64,000 nucleotides of DNA from Camelus dromedarius. Lineage: Eukaryota. The notes below the pieces were generated by a model. The model did not search any database. It had not been told where the DNA came from and worked only from the letters and a program-made list of their open reading frames with translations. Below, in pieces: positions 51,644-64,000 of this stretch. The DNA is taken from assembly GCF_036321535.1 (NCBI RefSeq), contig NC_087436.1:27220001-27284000 (forward strand), written 5' to 3'. Made by a program: the position numbers and the translations under genes. Position 1 is the stretch's first letter; each line of letters begins with the position of its first letter.

Positions 51644-52599
51644 GTTTGATGACTTTTTTCCAGAGGTAATATAATGAAACGTTAATTCTCTGTTGCCTAC
51701 ATGGCTACCAAAAATGTAGGCTATCCTATTTCTAATCTGTGGGCACTTTCAGTTTAGACAGCATTATTGTATATTTTGTATCACCCTCTCCCCATACTCA
51801 GTCAGTATTACTATTTTTATATCCATTCAGAATTCAAGGAAATGAATGATTGAAGAAGATGTTGTGGAGAAATCACCTTTGTACATGAAATTTCTATGAA
51901 CAAAGTTTTCAGACAAAAGGTCCTGAGCCCACTGAGGAATGAGTCTTAGAGTTATGGATTTGACCAGTTTACGAGTGTTTGACCAGTTCAGAGGGTTAGC
52001 CATCGAAATATTTGGTATAGGAAAAAAAAAATGGAGCATGAGTTCTAAAGGAATTTACTGTATGAATTTTTGCCAGGAATTAGAAATTAGTCTAGAAATT
52101 ATTCACAATTTTCCTTTCAGCTATAGATGAGAAAAGCACACTTAAACAGTACTGAAATATAGAAATGAGCATGACAAATACCTTAAAGATTTTAAAGCAC
52201 AGTGATAAATGTGCAGAATTCAGGCCAAGCAATATAACATTAGTCCCTAGAATCCCTGATACGTTGTTTTTTCACCTTAGTCTCTTAGGATATCTTAGCC
52301 TTTGCACTTTCATCATACATTTATCTTGCCCCCAAAGGTTGTGATTTTGTTTGAAATTGTTTTGATTTACAGATCAGATTTACAGATGAGAAGAAAACTA
52401 ATAATGATATTATTCTTCCTAGAGATACCTTTCTATTTATTTCTATGTATTGAAGTATTTCAATAAGGAGGAAAAATATGTATTATTATATCATTATAAA
52501 GGTCTTGCATCTCATTTTGTTATTTTTATATATCATATAGATTTTATGGTTATTTAAAAAGATAAGGATTCTGTTTGTTGGTGTACAGAGTGTGTGCAA

Positions 52600-52600
<1 letters not shown>

Positions 52601-52630
<30 letters not shown>
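52601..52630 (+). repeat. Compound (TG)8(TA)7 microsatellite
   Basis: Read directly. Confidence 0.95.
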
Positions 52631-52631
<1 letters not shown>

Positions 52632-52734
52632 CTCATTAAATTTATGTGTTGAAATACCATTTTTGATTTATCATATTGCCAAAGTATCAGTGTCATTAAG
52701 CATAAGAATTACAAACAGTATATTTACAACCCCA

Positions 52735-53115
52735 GCTGAGGATGGTTTAGTAGTATCTAATAAGATAAGGAATGCACATATCCCTTTGCTGTCTATTAAA
52801 TAGAGTTGAATCTATTTACTATAACACATAATAGAATATTATGCAATCATAAAAGAAATTTAAAACTGTCTCTGTTTTAAAGAAAGATCTCCAAGATACG
52901 TTGTTAAGTGAAACAATGAATAGCCAGTTTAACGATACGCTACTATTTGGTAAAAATATTTATATAATTTTCCCTTTGTATATAAAATATACCTGTATTA
53001 CCTCCAAAGAGAGGAACTCAGTGACTTCCAGACAAGAATGAGAAGGAACCTTTTCACTGTATTTTTTCTGTACTCCCTAATTATTGACCATGTAAATATT
53101 TTCTCTATTCAAAAT
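52735..53115 (+). mobile_element. Old L1ME-like 3' end
   Basis: 'aatagaatattatgcaatcataaaa', 'aaagatctccaagatacgttgttaagtgaaa', 'cttttcactgtat...accatgtaaatatt'. Confidence 0.6.
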
Positions 53116-54224
53116 ATGTTATTTTTTTCATTAAGCTTCTATTGAAATGATTAAAAAATGAAAAGATGACAGGCTGAAATAAAAGGGGAACATAATTATA
53201 TAAAACATCTGGGTCAAGAAAAGAAAAATAGTTATAGAAGAATTAAAACCTTACTTGAGCAGCACAAAACAGTATTAATGGTGTAAAATGTTATAGAAGG
53301 GATATAAAGACACACTTTTGTATTTTTTTAAAAATCTGAAAAAGAAGGCAAAGGAATGGAAAAGGTGAAACATAACCTCTGTTGAAGACAAACTAGAAAT
53401 ACAAACTAAAATGTGTGGACATTCATAACTGTAAACAATTATTACATAATTTTTCCTATTGTCCTGAAATTGTCAATGAGGATTCACAGCTGAAGATAAA
53501 AACTCATTGCTTATCCCATATTTGTGAGAAGGCTGTCAAGGACCCACTAAGAATCAGGTATGGAGGACTTGCCAGGGTCTATCAGTGTCTTTCATTGACT
53601 TCCCAAGCCATCACCACCATCTTCTATACACACAGGACACTGCAGTGGTGGGGTGGTGGGGAGTGTATTTGGAATTGTGTCATTGGCCTAGTTGGAAAGG
53701 TTGTGGTTTCTATAAAGGGAGGTTACTTTTCAGGCACAACTTCAAGTCAAGTGAGGCTGCCTAGTCTCCAAAAGAACCATTTGAAGAGATTAAATTTGAC
53801 TTGAAGAATGAAAGCCTGGCATTTCATTTCACAGTTGGAAGTCTACTTACCCAACAGCATTGATTAGCTGCTCTATACCGGTCTGAAAGGTTGGAAAGGT
53901 AATTGAAGAGAGATAACAGGATAAAGAGGATGATTTGCATTGGAATGTCCTGCTTTCTCACTTCTTGTCACAGCAAAGATGTATAATTTTTCCTCGGATG
54001 TACTGCAGAGGATAACCTAATTGAGCTGTCTTACTGGTTACCCAATTCAGGAAGATGGCCTGCTTGGTGAAAGGGAAAAAGTGGTGGATTTGGACCTAGA
54101 TTTTCTTTTTCAGGGAATTGTACTCTTGTATGACCTTGTGGTGTCACCTAAGAGAGGTAGAATTTGAATAGCTGTTGCTCAGAAGACACTGACTGACAAT
54201 CAGTGTTAGCTAGAAGTGCAAGAA

Positions 54225-54353
54225 GTGGGGGGGATAGCTCAAGTGGTAGAGTGCATGCTTAGCGTGTACAAGGTCCTGGGTTCGATCACCAGTACCTCCT
54301 CTAAAAATCAATAAATAAATCTATTTACCTTCCCCTGGGGGAAAAAAAAAAAG
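54225..54353 (+). mobile_element. tRNA-derived SINE (camelid vic-1-like)
   Basis: tRNA-like head GGGGGGATAGCTCAAGTGGTAGAGTGCATGCTTAGC...GGTCCTGGGTTCGATCACCAGTACCTCC with A and B boxes, an AT-rich tail and poly-A. TSD agaagtgcaagaa / agaaatgcaagaa (54212-54224, 54354-54366). Confidence 0.9.
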
Positions 54354-55739
54354 AGAAATGCAAGAATAACAAGGACATAACAAAATCCAACAGTTAAGTA
54401 AAGTAGAATTTGCTTTTATAATTAAGACTTTGAGAAAGGAGGAAATATAGGGGAATATAGCCATTCCTGAGGCAGCTCAGACACATCTCCATCCTACAGT
54501 CAAAGGGACTGGACTGCAAGGAGGATTAAAAGATGGAGACAAAACCCTTTCATAATTCCAAGTCCCCAAGACTATGAGTGTAGCTGGGGCTTGGGAGGAG
54601 GAGAAGGGAAGGATTGGTTTTGAATAGGACACATATTTGGCATTTTAAAGTAGATGGATATTTTATCACTAAACGTAATAAAAAAGTAGGCCATCTGTCT
54701 AAAATAGCTCTAGGAGTCAGCAATTAACATTCTGGAGAGCATGCTTGAAAGCAGACATTGGAGAAATATAAAACTGTTTCAAGTGTGTATCCCTACAAGT
54801 TTAGACTGCTAAATAAATTAGTACCCAAGGAAGCAATAGGAACAATTGGAGCAGAAATGGTAATACAACCATGCCTGAAAAGATAATTCAGACTTAAAAA
54901 AAATGAAATCACAAGTTTACATTCTTGCAAGGGTCTGGGATTTCTTTAAAAAAAAAAGTGTACAGTAGTAGAAATGTGCTTTTAGTAGAGATGTGCTTTT
55001 GGGTTGTCAGAGCCCACAGATGTGGACATGAAGCCACATAAGGGAAACTTCAGGCAGAAGGCAAGAAGAGATAGAGTATTTGGATTAAACACAGAATATT
55101 TGGTAAAGACCATCTCTGGGTAGTTGAATTTGTGAAATTGACAAAATATTACCCTGTGGTGTATTGCAAACTGTTAAGTGTAAAATTTGTTTGTCTAAAA
55201 ATTTCAAAGCCCCACAGTGAAAAATCTTGGGCACTAAATACCTTTGCATTCTAGATATCACCAAAAGGTGATAGATCTGGACATTTTATCTTGTCTGAAG
55301 ATGCTCAATCAGTGTATTCGAAGAAGTAAGATAATAATTATAGGAGTTATCAGTCATTGGTTCACAATTGTTAAGGAGGGACTCTGCTCTGGCTTGTGAC
55401 TCCTGTCTCCATCCTGTGTCCCTGTTGTAGATACCAAGTTAAGAGAGGATCTCAGAGAATCAATTGTAGAGATGGAAGTTTTCATCAGGAAGAACTGTCA
55501 TGTCACAACTTATGTGGGCATCTGTGTGAGCCATAGCCGCTTGATGATTTTCTTTCTATACCTATTTGGGGACATGAAAGAAATGTTATAAGAAATTTCA
55601 GGGCATGGAAAAGAGGCAGCAAGGCAGAGAAAAAGGTCATCAGCAAAAAAGACAGTATGAGATAGATATCAAATGAGCAAGGTCACAGTTAGAAGCTATT
55701 ATGTGAATTATGGAGATATGCATAGGATGATTCAAAACA

Positions 55740-55900
55740 CCTCTTCCATATCAGACGGTCATGCAGTGAGAATCCCCTGAACCTGCTCTGGATGGTTTGT
55801 TGAGAGGAACATAAGCCTGGAAGAGCTGCAGCCATTTTGCAGAATGAGAAAAGAGGAAAGACAGTCTGAGCATGAGGCTAAAACTTTGAAAAAATGTAAG
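55740..55900 (+). mobile_element. Old MaLR LTR fragment (MLT1J/K-like)
   Basis: 'gagctgcagccattttgcagaatgag...cagtctgagcatgaggctaa'. Confidence 0.4.
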
Positions 55901-55963
55901 AGAATAAAATAAAAATCAGAGACCCTGCAAAACAAACACACACACAAGAACCATTCCTAAAGC

Positions 55964-56151
55964 CAATGATATACTGCTCCCTGTTTGGGGTGGGAGGGTG
56001 GGAACCCTAAATTGTAGCTTTTGCCATTATCCTGAGTGTAAATACTCACATTGCTAATTTCAAGATACCAACTTGATGTCCCTGAATATGGAAAGAGATG
56101 AAAACTAATGGCTCTCACTAGCTGATAAGAACTGGTTCCAGTACATCACTG
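55964..56151 (-). mobile_element. MER63-like hAT MITE, second copy
   Basis: TIR remnants caatgatatactg...cagtacatcactg; internal 'gtgtaaatactc...atttcaagataccaacttgatgtc'. Confidence 0.65.
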
Positions 56152-58536
56152 CCTCATTATAATTAAAAATGGTGGCCATAAGATACACCACTCAAAGATT
56201 TAAGAATGATGGTGTTGCTAATATTAATTTTGATGATACACAAATCCTAAACTTGGACTTTCTAGACAAAATGAGATGTTTGACCACCCTAAGGGAGACA
56301 GTTTGAGTTGTGGTGTGATGATAATTTACATAAAATATCTTCACTATTTATTATTAAGTAATGTAAATGCAACCATATCGCGCCTGTTTGTCTATAAATA
56401 CAATGTAGGAAAGATAAGTGTGGAGGACTTAGACGTGAAGCTCTTAATTAAATAGAAGGAAGTCTCATAAATTACTATACTCACACAATGAAATATTTTG
56501 TCAAGTAAAGATCATAAACTGGTAGTCCTGTGGTCACTTGTCAAATAGAGACATTTTCTTTATAGTCAACAAGGTGTTCTCCAAACTAAATGTATTTATT
56601 CCTGTATCTCTGTTCAGTATTTGTGTAATGGGAAGCTCAGATGATCTAATATCACTGCTTGTTATGTTTGCTAATTTCCTCATACCGTAGATTTGTTTTC
56701 TTGCATGTTTTATAATTTGGGATTATGAGCTAATCTTATCTATTGAAAACCTGTCCCTCCAGAGCCTGTTTGCTTTTGCTACTGTCTTAATTTCCTGACA
56801 TATCACTGGGCTGGGGCCCTATTTTATGTTGTTTTTGGCTGCAGATTTCCTGATCCACACTTGTCGTATAAATGTGAATCCCAAATTTTAAGTTTATAGT
56901 TATAAATTCTAAGGAGTAATTTCAAGATCAGAACTGACAAAATGGTCCAGGGTAAATGCAGCATAAATTTGTACACTTCTTTTTAAGGTTTTTTTCCTCT
57001 CGAGAGTAACTTAAATTTCTTGAAACTCAGATATTGATTTAGAACTATCTTGATATTTGACAATTTGGGGCCTTCAGGATATTTGTTTTTCATAATGCCA
57101 AAACTAGAAATGGAAACATATTTAAACTGGTATCAATTAGCCCGTCATCTTAAGTAAGACCTGTGAGGGAAAAAAACAACTCTAAAAAGATCTCATGTCC
57201 ATGATTGAATCAGTTTATACAGGTAATGAACATGCAGTGAATAATTAAACCCAGGTGTTATCATGGTCAACTTGGATTAATTTAGTTCTTCTCATAACTA
57301 GGAGAACCCTACAAATGGCATAAGTATTACAAAATGAGAGAGAGAGAGGTAGAATGGGTGTGGACGTGTATAACACAATGGCTATTACATGTAGTCTGAA
57401 AATTGTGTTTTGTTTTATAATATGTAAATAAAAGAGAGACTCTTACCTATAACCAGAGAGCAAATATGAACTTGTTTTCCACAGAAGGAGAAAAAATCAA
57501 AAAGTTCCTCATGACATAGCCAAAATCAGGACATAAGGGAATGTCATCTACTTTGTGTTCAAATCATTATACAAAGCAACACACCAAATAATATACCCAG
57601 ACATATTGTAATTTATTTGTGAATGCCTAGGAAGTTATTACCATATATTCAAACACTCAGAAGGAAGGGTATCTAAATATTCATTCTTAAACAAATATTT
57701 CAAATGAAGACTACACAACAATTGATTAAGCAAAATGATATGCTGAGGTATAGAATAAATCATCACATTATCAGAGGATGCATGCAGGACACTTCAAACA
57801 TTTATACAACGAAATATAAATTGCAAAGATAATTATAAAGCATTCTACAAATACAGTTCACTAAAATACTTAACCATTATGAACTAGATTTAAAATATAA
57901 CAATATCAATCAATGTCTTAGCCTGACAGATAGAAGGTTTGAAATAGGAACAAATAAAATTGTACCAACTTACTTATGCTACATAAAGCTCATGACCTGG
58001 AAGTGGTCAGCTGATACGGACACTGGCATCACTGTTGAAGGCAGTAATTAGTATGATAATCCCTGCAAGAACTACTGGCAATGTGATCAAAAGTCTTAGA
58101 ATATGATGCACTTTAACTCAAATTACATTTCAGGTATTATAGTCTATGGGTAAATATCCAAACATTGAAAGTTGTTGAATAAACTATGATATTCCTATGG
58201 GATTAAAGAAACATATAGAAATGATATTTGGAGGCATTCTTATTAACTAAAAACATGGTTGGGACATAAAAAGAAAAGGCAATGCCTCTAACCAAGCTGA
58301 CTCAAGAAAACCATAGATAAGCATCTGCTGGCTCTTACAGATTCTGCTCAGAAGAGACACATGCCACTTCCACTCACATTTCATTATCCTCTCCCACAGG
58401 ACAATAGATATTTGATCTATTGTCAAATACATTCACAAATATCATACCAACAAAATCCTTATATAATCAATGTAATATGTTGCGAGGCGTGTTTTGACTT
58501 TTACATAATTGTTATCCCATAGAAGAGTAAGATTGC

Positions 58537-59135
58537 TGTGATAGAAAGCATTTAGGATAGCCTCCAAAATTCCTACCCCTTGCTGAGTGAGTCTTGTATA
58601 ATTCCTGCCTGTGGATATGTGAGTAGGATTTGTGACTATCATGGAATGTCACTCCTGTGATCACTCACTTGACTTTGAGTTAATCAGGAGATTAACTTAG
58701 GTGAGCTTGTCCTAATAAGGTAAACCCCTTAAACGAGATTAAAGAGACTTGAAGGGAGAGAATTTTTACTGCTGACCTTGAAGTAACAGAGTTCTATGTT
58801 GTCCAGAAGACCACATGTCAGGGATGGGGACAGCCTGTAGAAGTTGATAATAGCCTTTGGTTTGACAGCCAAAAAGAAAGGGGAGATCTCAGCCCTACAA
58901 CCGCAAGGAACTTAATTCTGTCAACAACCAATGAGCTTGGAAGAGGATTCTGAACGTCAGATGGGACTGCAGCCTGGCTACTGCTTTGACTGCATCTTTG
59001 TGAGACTGAGCAGAAAAGCCAGCTGATACATGTATCCAGATTCATGATCCACAGAAACGATGAGATAATTAGAGAAGTTTGCTTTAGGCCATTAGCTCTC
59101 TTGCATTTATTACACAGAAATAGATAACTAACGCA
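58537..59135 (+). mobile_element. MaLR LTR (MLT1E-like)
   Basis: TG...CA ends, TSD ATTGC/ATTAC; 'ttgactttgagttaatc', 'ctcagccctacaaccgcaaggaacttaattctgtcaacaacc', 'aatagataactaa'. Confidence 0.85.
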
Positions 59136-59621
59136 ATTACCTTAAAGACCTATAATGTCAATAATTCTAACAGAAGTAGCAACAGTAATATCAATGACAA
59201 GCATTGTATCTCTTTATTTTATGTACGTGATGCTGTTGCTCAACTTCTATTAGATTAGGCACAAATACACTATTTGATTAACAAAAACAAATATTATGTA
59301 CTCTTTTTTTCCTTAATAAAATAAAGAGTGCCTGTGAATTGAAGAACAATAACCCATAACTTTATTTTACTAACACCTTCAGCAGATTTACTCACATTTT
59401 GATTTATTCTTCCTTTTAATTAAGGTTGTGATTTTGAAAAATTCATTTTGCACTTGCTAAATAATACTTTAACTCCTTTATTTTCTTTTAGTGTTAGAAC
59501 AGTAATAATTTTTAAAAAACTGGCCAGACTAAAATTAGCTATATACCTTTTTATACATAATGTATCTTTCATTTACATATAATTAACAATAGTCAATACC
59601 AGTAATTTATTATGTACACAC

Positions 59622-61560
59622 AAGGGACTTTCAGCTCCTATTTAGGAAAGGAAAAGCTGGAATGAGCATCACCCCCACCCTGACAGTAAGAGAAAAAAAA
59701 ACTGTAAAATCATAGCTTTTCTTTAATCCATCAATGCACTGAGGTCAAAGGGCAATCTGTGACTGATATCTAAGAAAAGACAAGTGCTTCCAATGAGAAA
59801 GAGAAAATAAGACAAAGAACAAAAGAGGATAGGGCTGCCATATAAGTAAAGTGAAATTCAACTAAATTTTTGGGATGGACTGCTAAGGGCTGGGTATATG
59901 CTAGCTTGAGAGCATAGACACACTGGTAGCCACAGACACGAGAGGAGTCTGTGTCTACTTTAGGTTCTTTTCCACAGTCCTTTACAATGTGCTCATGAGA
60001 AAGATTAAGAGCAAGGCAAGATACAGGAAGAAGCTTTTCTTTGTGAATTATATACAAAGGAATATGGTGCAGTCATGCAGGAGGGGTGCAGCAGCTGCTA
60101 TAGGGAAACTGTAAAGCCCCATGTGATAGTTTTCCTCTCTGGAACTAAAGACTTAAGGAGCTGTGGGAGGGCAGCAAATGAGCCACACACGGAGCAAGGA
60201 GAATCCCCATGATGGACAAGAAAAAGAAGGCAACCCCTAACACTCAGGGAGGAGCAGGAAACCATACTGGCCTCTGACATGTAGGCCATATCCCATTGCT
60301 GGGAAAGGGACAGGATCGTTGAAAAGCCCCTCACGCCTGAAACCTAAAGGCTGCTTAAGACAGACTATACAGGACAACAAAGAACACCCTCTCCCACCAC
60401 CCATGACCAAGCTAGGAAGCATAGAGCAAAAAGCAGGAAAATAACACTGGGGTGGGGTGAGAGTGGAGAGAGACTCCCTTTCAGGAAAAGATATGTAGGA
60501 AGATGTAAAGCTGATGGAGGAGATACTGGGGAAAAAGAAGAAAAAAACGAAAAACCAGTCTTCAGCCTGAGCACAAGGAAACACTAGAAAAAATTTTAAA
60601 CAGAACCACCTGAGGTAGTGACACCCACAATAAAACAGAGTCACAGTTGGACTCCCACATACTAAAGGCTTAGCAGAAGAAGAGTTATATAACAGTTTCC
60701 AGGAAAAAAACAACTATTTACCATTGTCTCAAGAGGTGCACAAGATGTCTGCCTCTCTACTGAAATTAAGAAACAAAAAATGCACATACTTACCCAAAAG
60801 ACAAAACACTGTCCAAAGAGACAAAACCCGCAGAACCAAAGCCACTTGTAACCCAGATGTTGGAAATGTCTGAGAGAAAATTTAACACTATGATTAATCT
60901 GTTAAGGGCTCTGCATAACGTGGCAGTGAATTTCAAGCAGAGATGAGTCTTGAAAGGAAGAGTCAAATTGCAATGTTAAAAAAAAATACATTAATAGAGA
61001 ATAGTAACTTTGATGTATTCATCAATAGACCTTAAAGAATTACTTTATTTCTTTGGGATTATGTTAATACCAAGCCAAGGGAAGAATTACTGAATTTAAT
61101 GATAGGTCGATATAAATTACCAAAACTGAAAAGCAAAGAGAAATAAGAATTAAACAAACAAAAAACAACTCACAAAGAATAGAAAACTGATGGGCTGCAG
61201 GACAAATTCGAGTAATCCAAACAAACTTGTATCTGGAATCCCAGAAGGACAGAAGGAATCCAAGAAAAAAAAAAAAAAAGAGACAGAAAATGGGCAGAGA
61301 AAATAGTGAAGAGATAATGGCTGAGAATTTTCCAACAACAACAACAAAAAAGAAAATAACAAAACAAAACAAAAACAAATAATAAAAAAAATGCCAGCCA
61401 CACAAATTCATAAAGCTCGGAGAACACCAAGCTGGGTAAATACCAACAGAATACATACAAACATGAATGTCTACACTTATTATATACAAAGTATTTAAAA
61501 TCTAAATTTAAAAATACATGTTATTGAAGGAGCCTAGGGGGAAAAGTAACGTCATAGAAA
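59622..61560 (+). mobile_element. Old L1 5' UTR + ORF1 remnant (L1M type)
   Basis: ORF1 motifs GIPEG ('ggaatcccagaagga'), EEIMAENFP ('gaagagataatggctgagaattttccaa') and ARRTPSWVN (~AQRTPSRIN). The GC-richer upstream segment resembles an L1M 5' UTR. Confidence 0.75.
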
Positions 61561-61904
61561 AAAGAGACAAAAATTATAATTATAAAAGTTAAACCAAAGT
61601 GAGAGAAGTTTATAAATCTCTTATTGCCTAAAAGTTACATTAGTTAAATGAATCTTGTTTTTTTTTTTTAAAAAAAAATATAAATTGCTCCAAAGAGAGA
61701 GATTTAAAATCATGTTTTTTCCTGAAATTAAATTACCTTCAGTGATTTCAGTAGCTTGTTAAAACTGAGCTTATACCAGAGAGGAGGGAATATACTTCCT
61801 AGGAAAAAATAAATCTATGTAATCTTTTTCTGATATTTTCTTACAACCTTAATAAAATCAATTTTAGAATGTACTCTATGACATGTACACAAAACAAATA
61901 CACA

Positions 61905-62065
61905 TATTATCACACAGACTCCTGTAAAACAGCAGGTTAGGTTGATAGTATAATTTCTGTTATGTATATTAAAGACTGAAGCTCAGAGAGATAAAGTAGG
62001 GACACAGCCTCAAATTGTAAGTGGCAGAGGAAGGATTTGATACCTGGCTTTATCTCTGACATAAT
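61905..62065 (-). mobile_element. MIR fragment
   Basis: 'aaagactgaagctcagagagataaagt...gtaagtggcagaggaaggatttgatacctgg'. Confidence 0.65.
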
Positions 62066-62183
62066 AATTCTACTCCCCTTCTGCCTGTCTATACTTCCAT
62101 GGAAAAAAAAATAATGCTACTGTTTTTTTAAAATTTAAATATAGACCTTTGGGTAATGCATTATTGTAGGCAATCTCAAGGAA

Positions 62184-62420
62184 TTTTTTTTTCTTTAACA
62201 AATTTTTTTTAATTGAAGTATAATTGATTCACGATATTAGTTTCAGGTATTCAGCATAGTGATACAGTATTTTTGCAGATTATGCTCCATTGTAAGTTAT
62301 TAAAGGATAATGGCTATCATTCCCTGCATTATACAGTATATCCTGTTGCTTATTTATTTTATACATAGTAGTTTGTATCTGTTAATTCCATACCCCTACT
62401 TTGTCCCTCCTCCCTTCTCT
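62184..62420 (-). mobile_element. 5'-truncated L1 3' end
   Basis: T-tracts followed by 'aattgaagtataattgattcacgatattagtttcaggt...atacatagtagtttgtatctgttaattcc'. Confidence 0.9.
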
Positions 62421-62638
62421 GTATTAGTAAGTCTGTGTAACATTTTGGACAATATTTACCACTAACAGTCTTCTAAATCTGTGCAATTAATAACTACAAA
62501 AACAAGATACAAAATAATATCAAAACCACAGACCAACCCAAGTTCTTATCACTTTGGATCATTTCTCACATGGATGTTGTGGAAGTGGCTGTCCATGATC
62601 TAGAAGGGGCACTGGTCCTTTCTGGGTTTAGGATGGCC

Positions 62639-62658
62639 TGTGTGTGTGTGTGTGTGTG
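62639..62658 (+). repeat. (TG)10 microsatellite
   Basis: Read directly. Confidence 0.95.
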
Positions 62659-63319
62659 TATCAGATAAGACATGCTCTGAGGCACAGGCAGTTTCTACAC
62701 AAGAGTAAAGGAGGCATTGGAAGTGGCGTAACTTGTTTTCAGTTGGTTCCTATTACTTGGTTAAAATTTTTGTGATTCACATAGAGCTTATTCACAATTA
62801 CCATTCTAGAATCACCACCCCAGAAAGTATAAAAAAGGAGTTCCATTTCTATTATGTTACAGATAATTTGCATTTAAAAATGCTCCACTAATGATGCTCT
62901 TTTTATTACAGGATAAAGCACATTGTGCAATTTTAATTATAATATTTAGATATTTCCCCAAATAAAAAAGCATTAATTATATGATAATTTGAAATGAAGT
63001 AAGGAAAAAGAAGATAGATTTAGAAACAGTAGAAATTGCTGAATGATGCCACTCAAATTTCATTATTATATGCAGTGTGAAAACATTTCCCATTTTTTAA
63101 AACTTAACTTTCCATTATCTTTGCTAATATAATGGAACATTAAATTATTCTAAAAGTGAATAATGTATAAAACATAGTTTAATGGTATCAAATATTGTAA
63201 GCACTATTTATGAAAAGATGTAAGTTATTTATATTTTCAAAAAGTAGAAAATAACGTATCCTTCAAATATATAGTTAAAATAAAGTTAGTATATATTGGA
63301 TAGAATATTATATATATAA

Positions 63320-63520
63320 TTAATAGTTTCAAACACTTATTTACTACTCTGTGCCAGTTACTATAAGCCTTTTTCTTAGATGTTAGTTGAAATCCTCACA
63401 AGAACCCTGAGAGGCAAGAATTATGCCCATTATACAGAGACAGTAACCAAGACTCTATGAGACCTGAATCTTTTTCCAAGTCACCCAGGGTTTAAAAGAT
63501 TATATATGTGACTCTAAAAC
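63320..63520 (-). mobile_element. MIR SINE
   Basis: 'aacacttatttactactctgtgccag...aatcctcacaagaaccctgagaggc...attatgcccattatacaga...ccaagtcacccag'. Confidence 0.68.
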
Positions 63521-64000
63521 CTTTAAAAATACATATGCATTTAAAACATGTCTAGGAAAATGGAAGCCAATCACAATAAAATATATACTATAAATTATAT
63601 AAAAGGATATATTTTATATATATAGTAGGTATGTATACATTATAGTTAGGAGAACAGCAGCTTGTGTTGTAGATTTAAAAGCAACTTTTCTCTGATCCCT
63701 ATTTCATCCCATGCTAATTATTTCATAATATAATGGGCTTATGGATGATTTTTCTTATCCTTTTGTACACCCTTAGAGTATTTTTTAAAACTCTGTGATG
63801 AGCATGTATTACTATATATAATCACTAAAATAAGCATGCTGTAAATGAGATCACATGCATCATGATTTAATTGTCTCTATAATTCATCATAATTGTCAGG
63901 CTTGGATTTGTTATTTATTTTAGAATCACTTTTTAGCCTCTGAATTAAAAAAAAATTCCTTAAGTGTAGCATTGCTCTGAATACAATTAAGTGAGGGCTG

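Noticed and set aside
44267..51649. Duplicated small genes (ORF pairs 44267/51105, 44421/51298, 44510/51431)
   Set aside because: They lie wholly within the two LTR copies; the similarity just reflects the repeat.
53415..53804. 129-aa ORF as a coding exon
   Set aside because: Non-ATG start, no recognisable homology, and no flanking splice signals; possibly old LTR-derived sequence.
54227..54299. Functional tRNA gene
   Set aside because: The stems are imperfect, and it is followed by a SINE tail, poly-A and TSD rather than a T-run terminator.
54967..55000. 17-bp tandem duplication (AGTAGAAATGTGCTTTT / AGTAGAGATGTGCTTTT)
   Set aside because: Ordinary slippage duplication with two units and no spacer structure.
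59770..61489. Cluster of long Phe/Leu-rich minus-strand ORFs
   Set aside because: Antisense reading of an A-rich L1 5' UTR/ORF1 remnant.
1..64000. CRISPR array, operon or prokaryotic/viral defence system
   Set aside because: No repeat-spacer array, no long ORFs and no gene-dense organisation; the repeat content is plainly mammalian.

Overview
This is AT-rich, CpG-poor mammalian genomic DNA, either intronic or intergenic, and most likely camelid. It has one tRNA-derived SINE of the vic-1 type, several young cetartiodactyl-style L1 3' ends, and no Alu, B1/B2, BovB/Bov-tA, PRE1 or CanSINE that I could see. I recognise no protein-coding gene or RNA gene. The listed ORFs are chance ORFs or decayed pieces of L1, L2, CR1 and LTR elements. 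Much of the window is a layered transposon record: old L1M, L2, MIR, MaLR and hAT elements, plus younger L1s and two near-identical ERV1-type solo LTRs. The best-supported points of interest are two L1 insertions with apparent 3' transductions, two independently inserted solo LTRs (each with its own TSD) 6.2 kb apart with a strong CTCF motif between them, two candidate 5'-inverted L1s, and a composite L1 insertion. Several small splice-site-flanked segments could be exons of an unidentified host transcript. Repeat family names are from my recollection of consensus sequences, not from a database search, and boundaries of old repeats are approximate. I found no sequence support for a novel multi-gene biological system.
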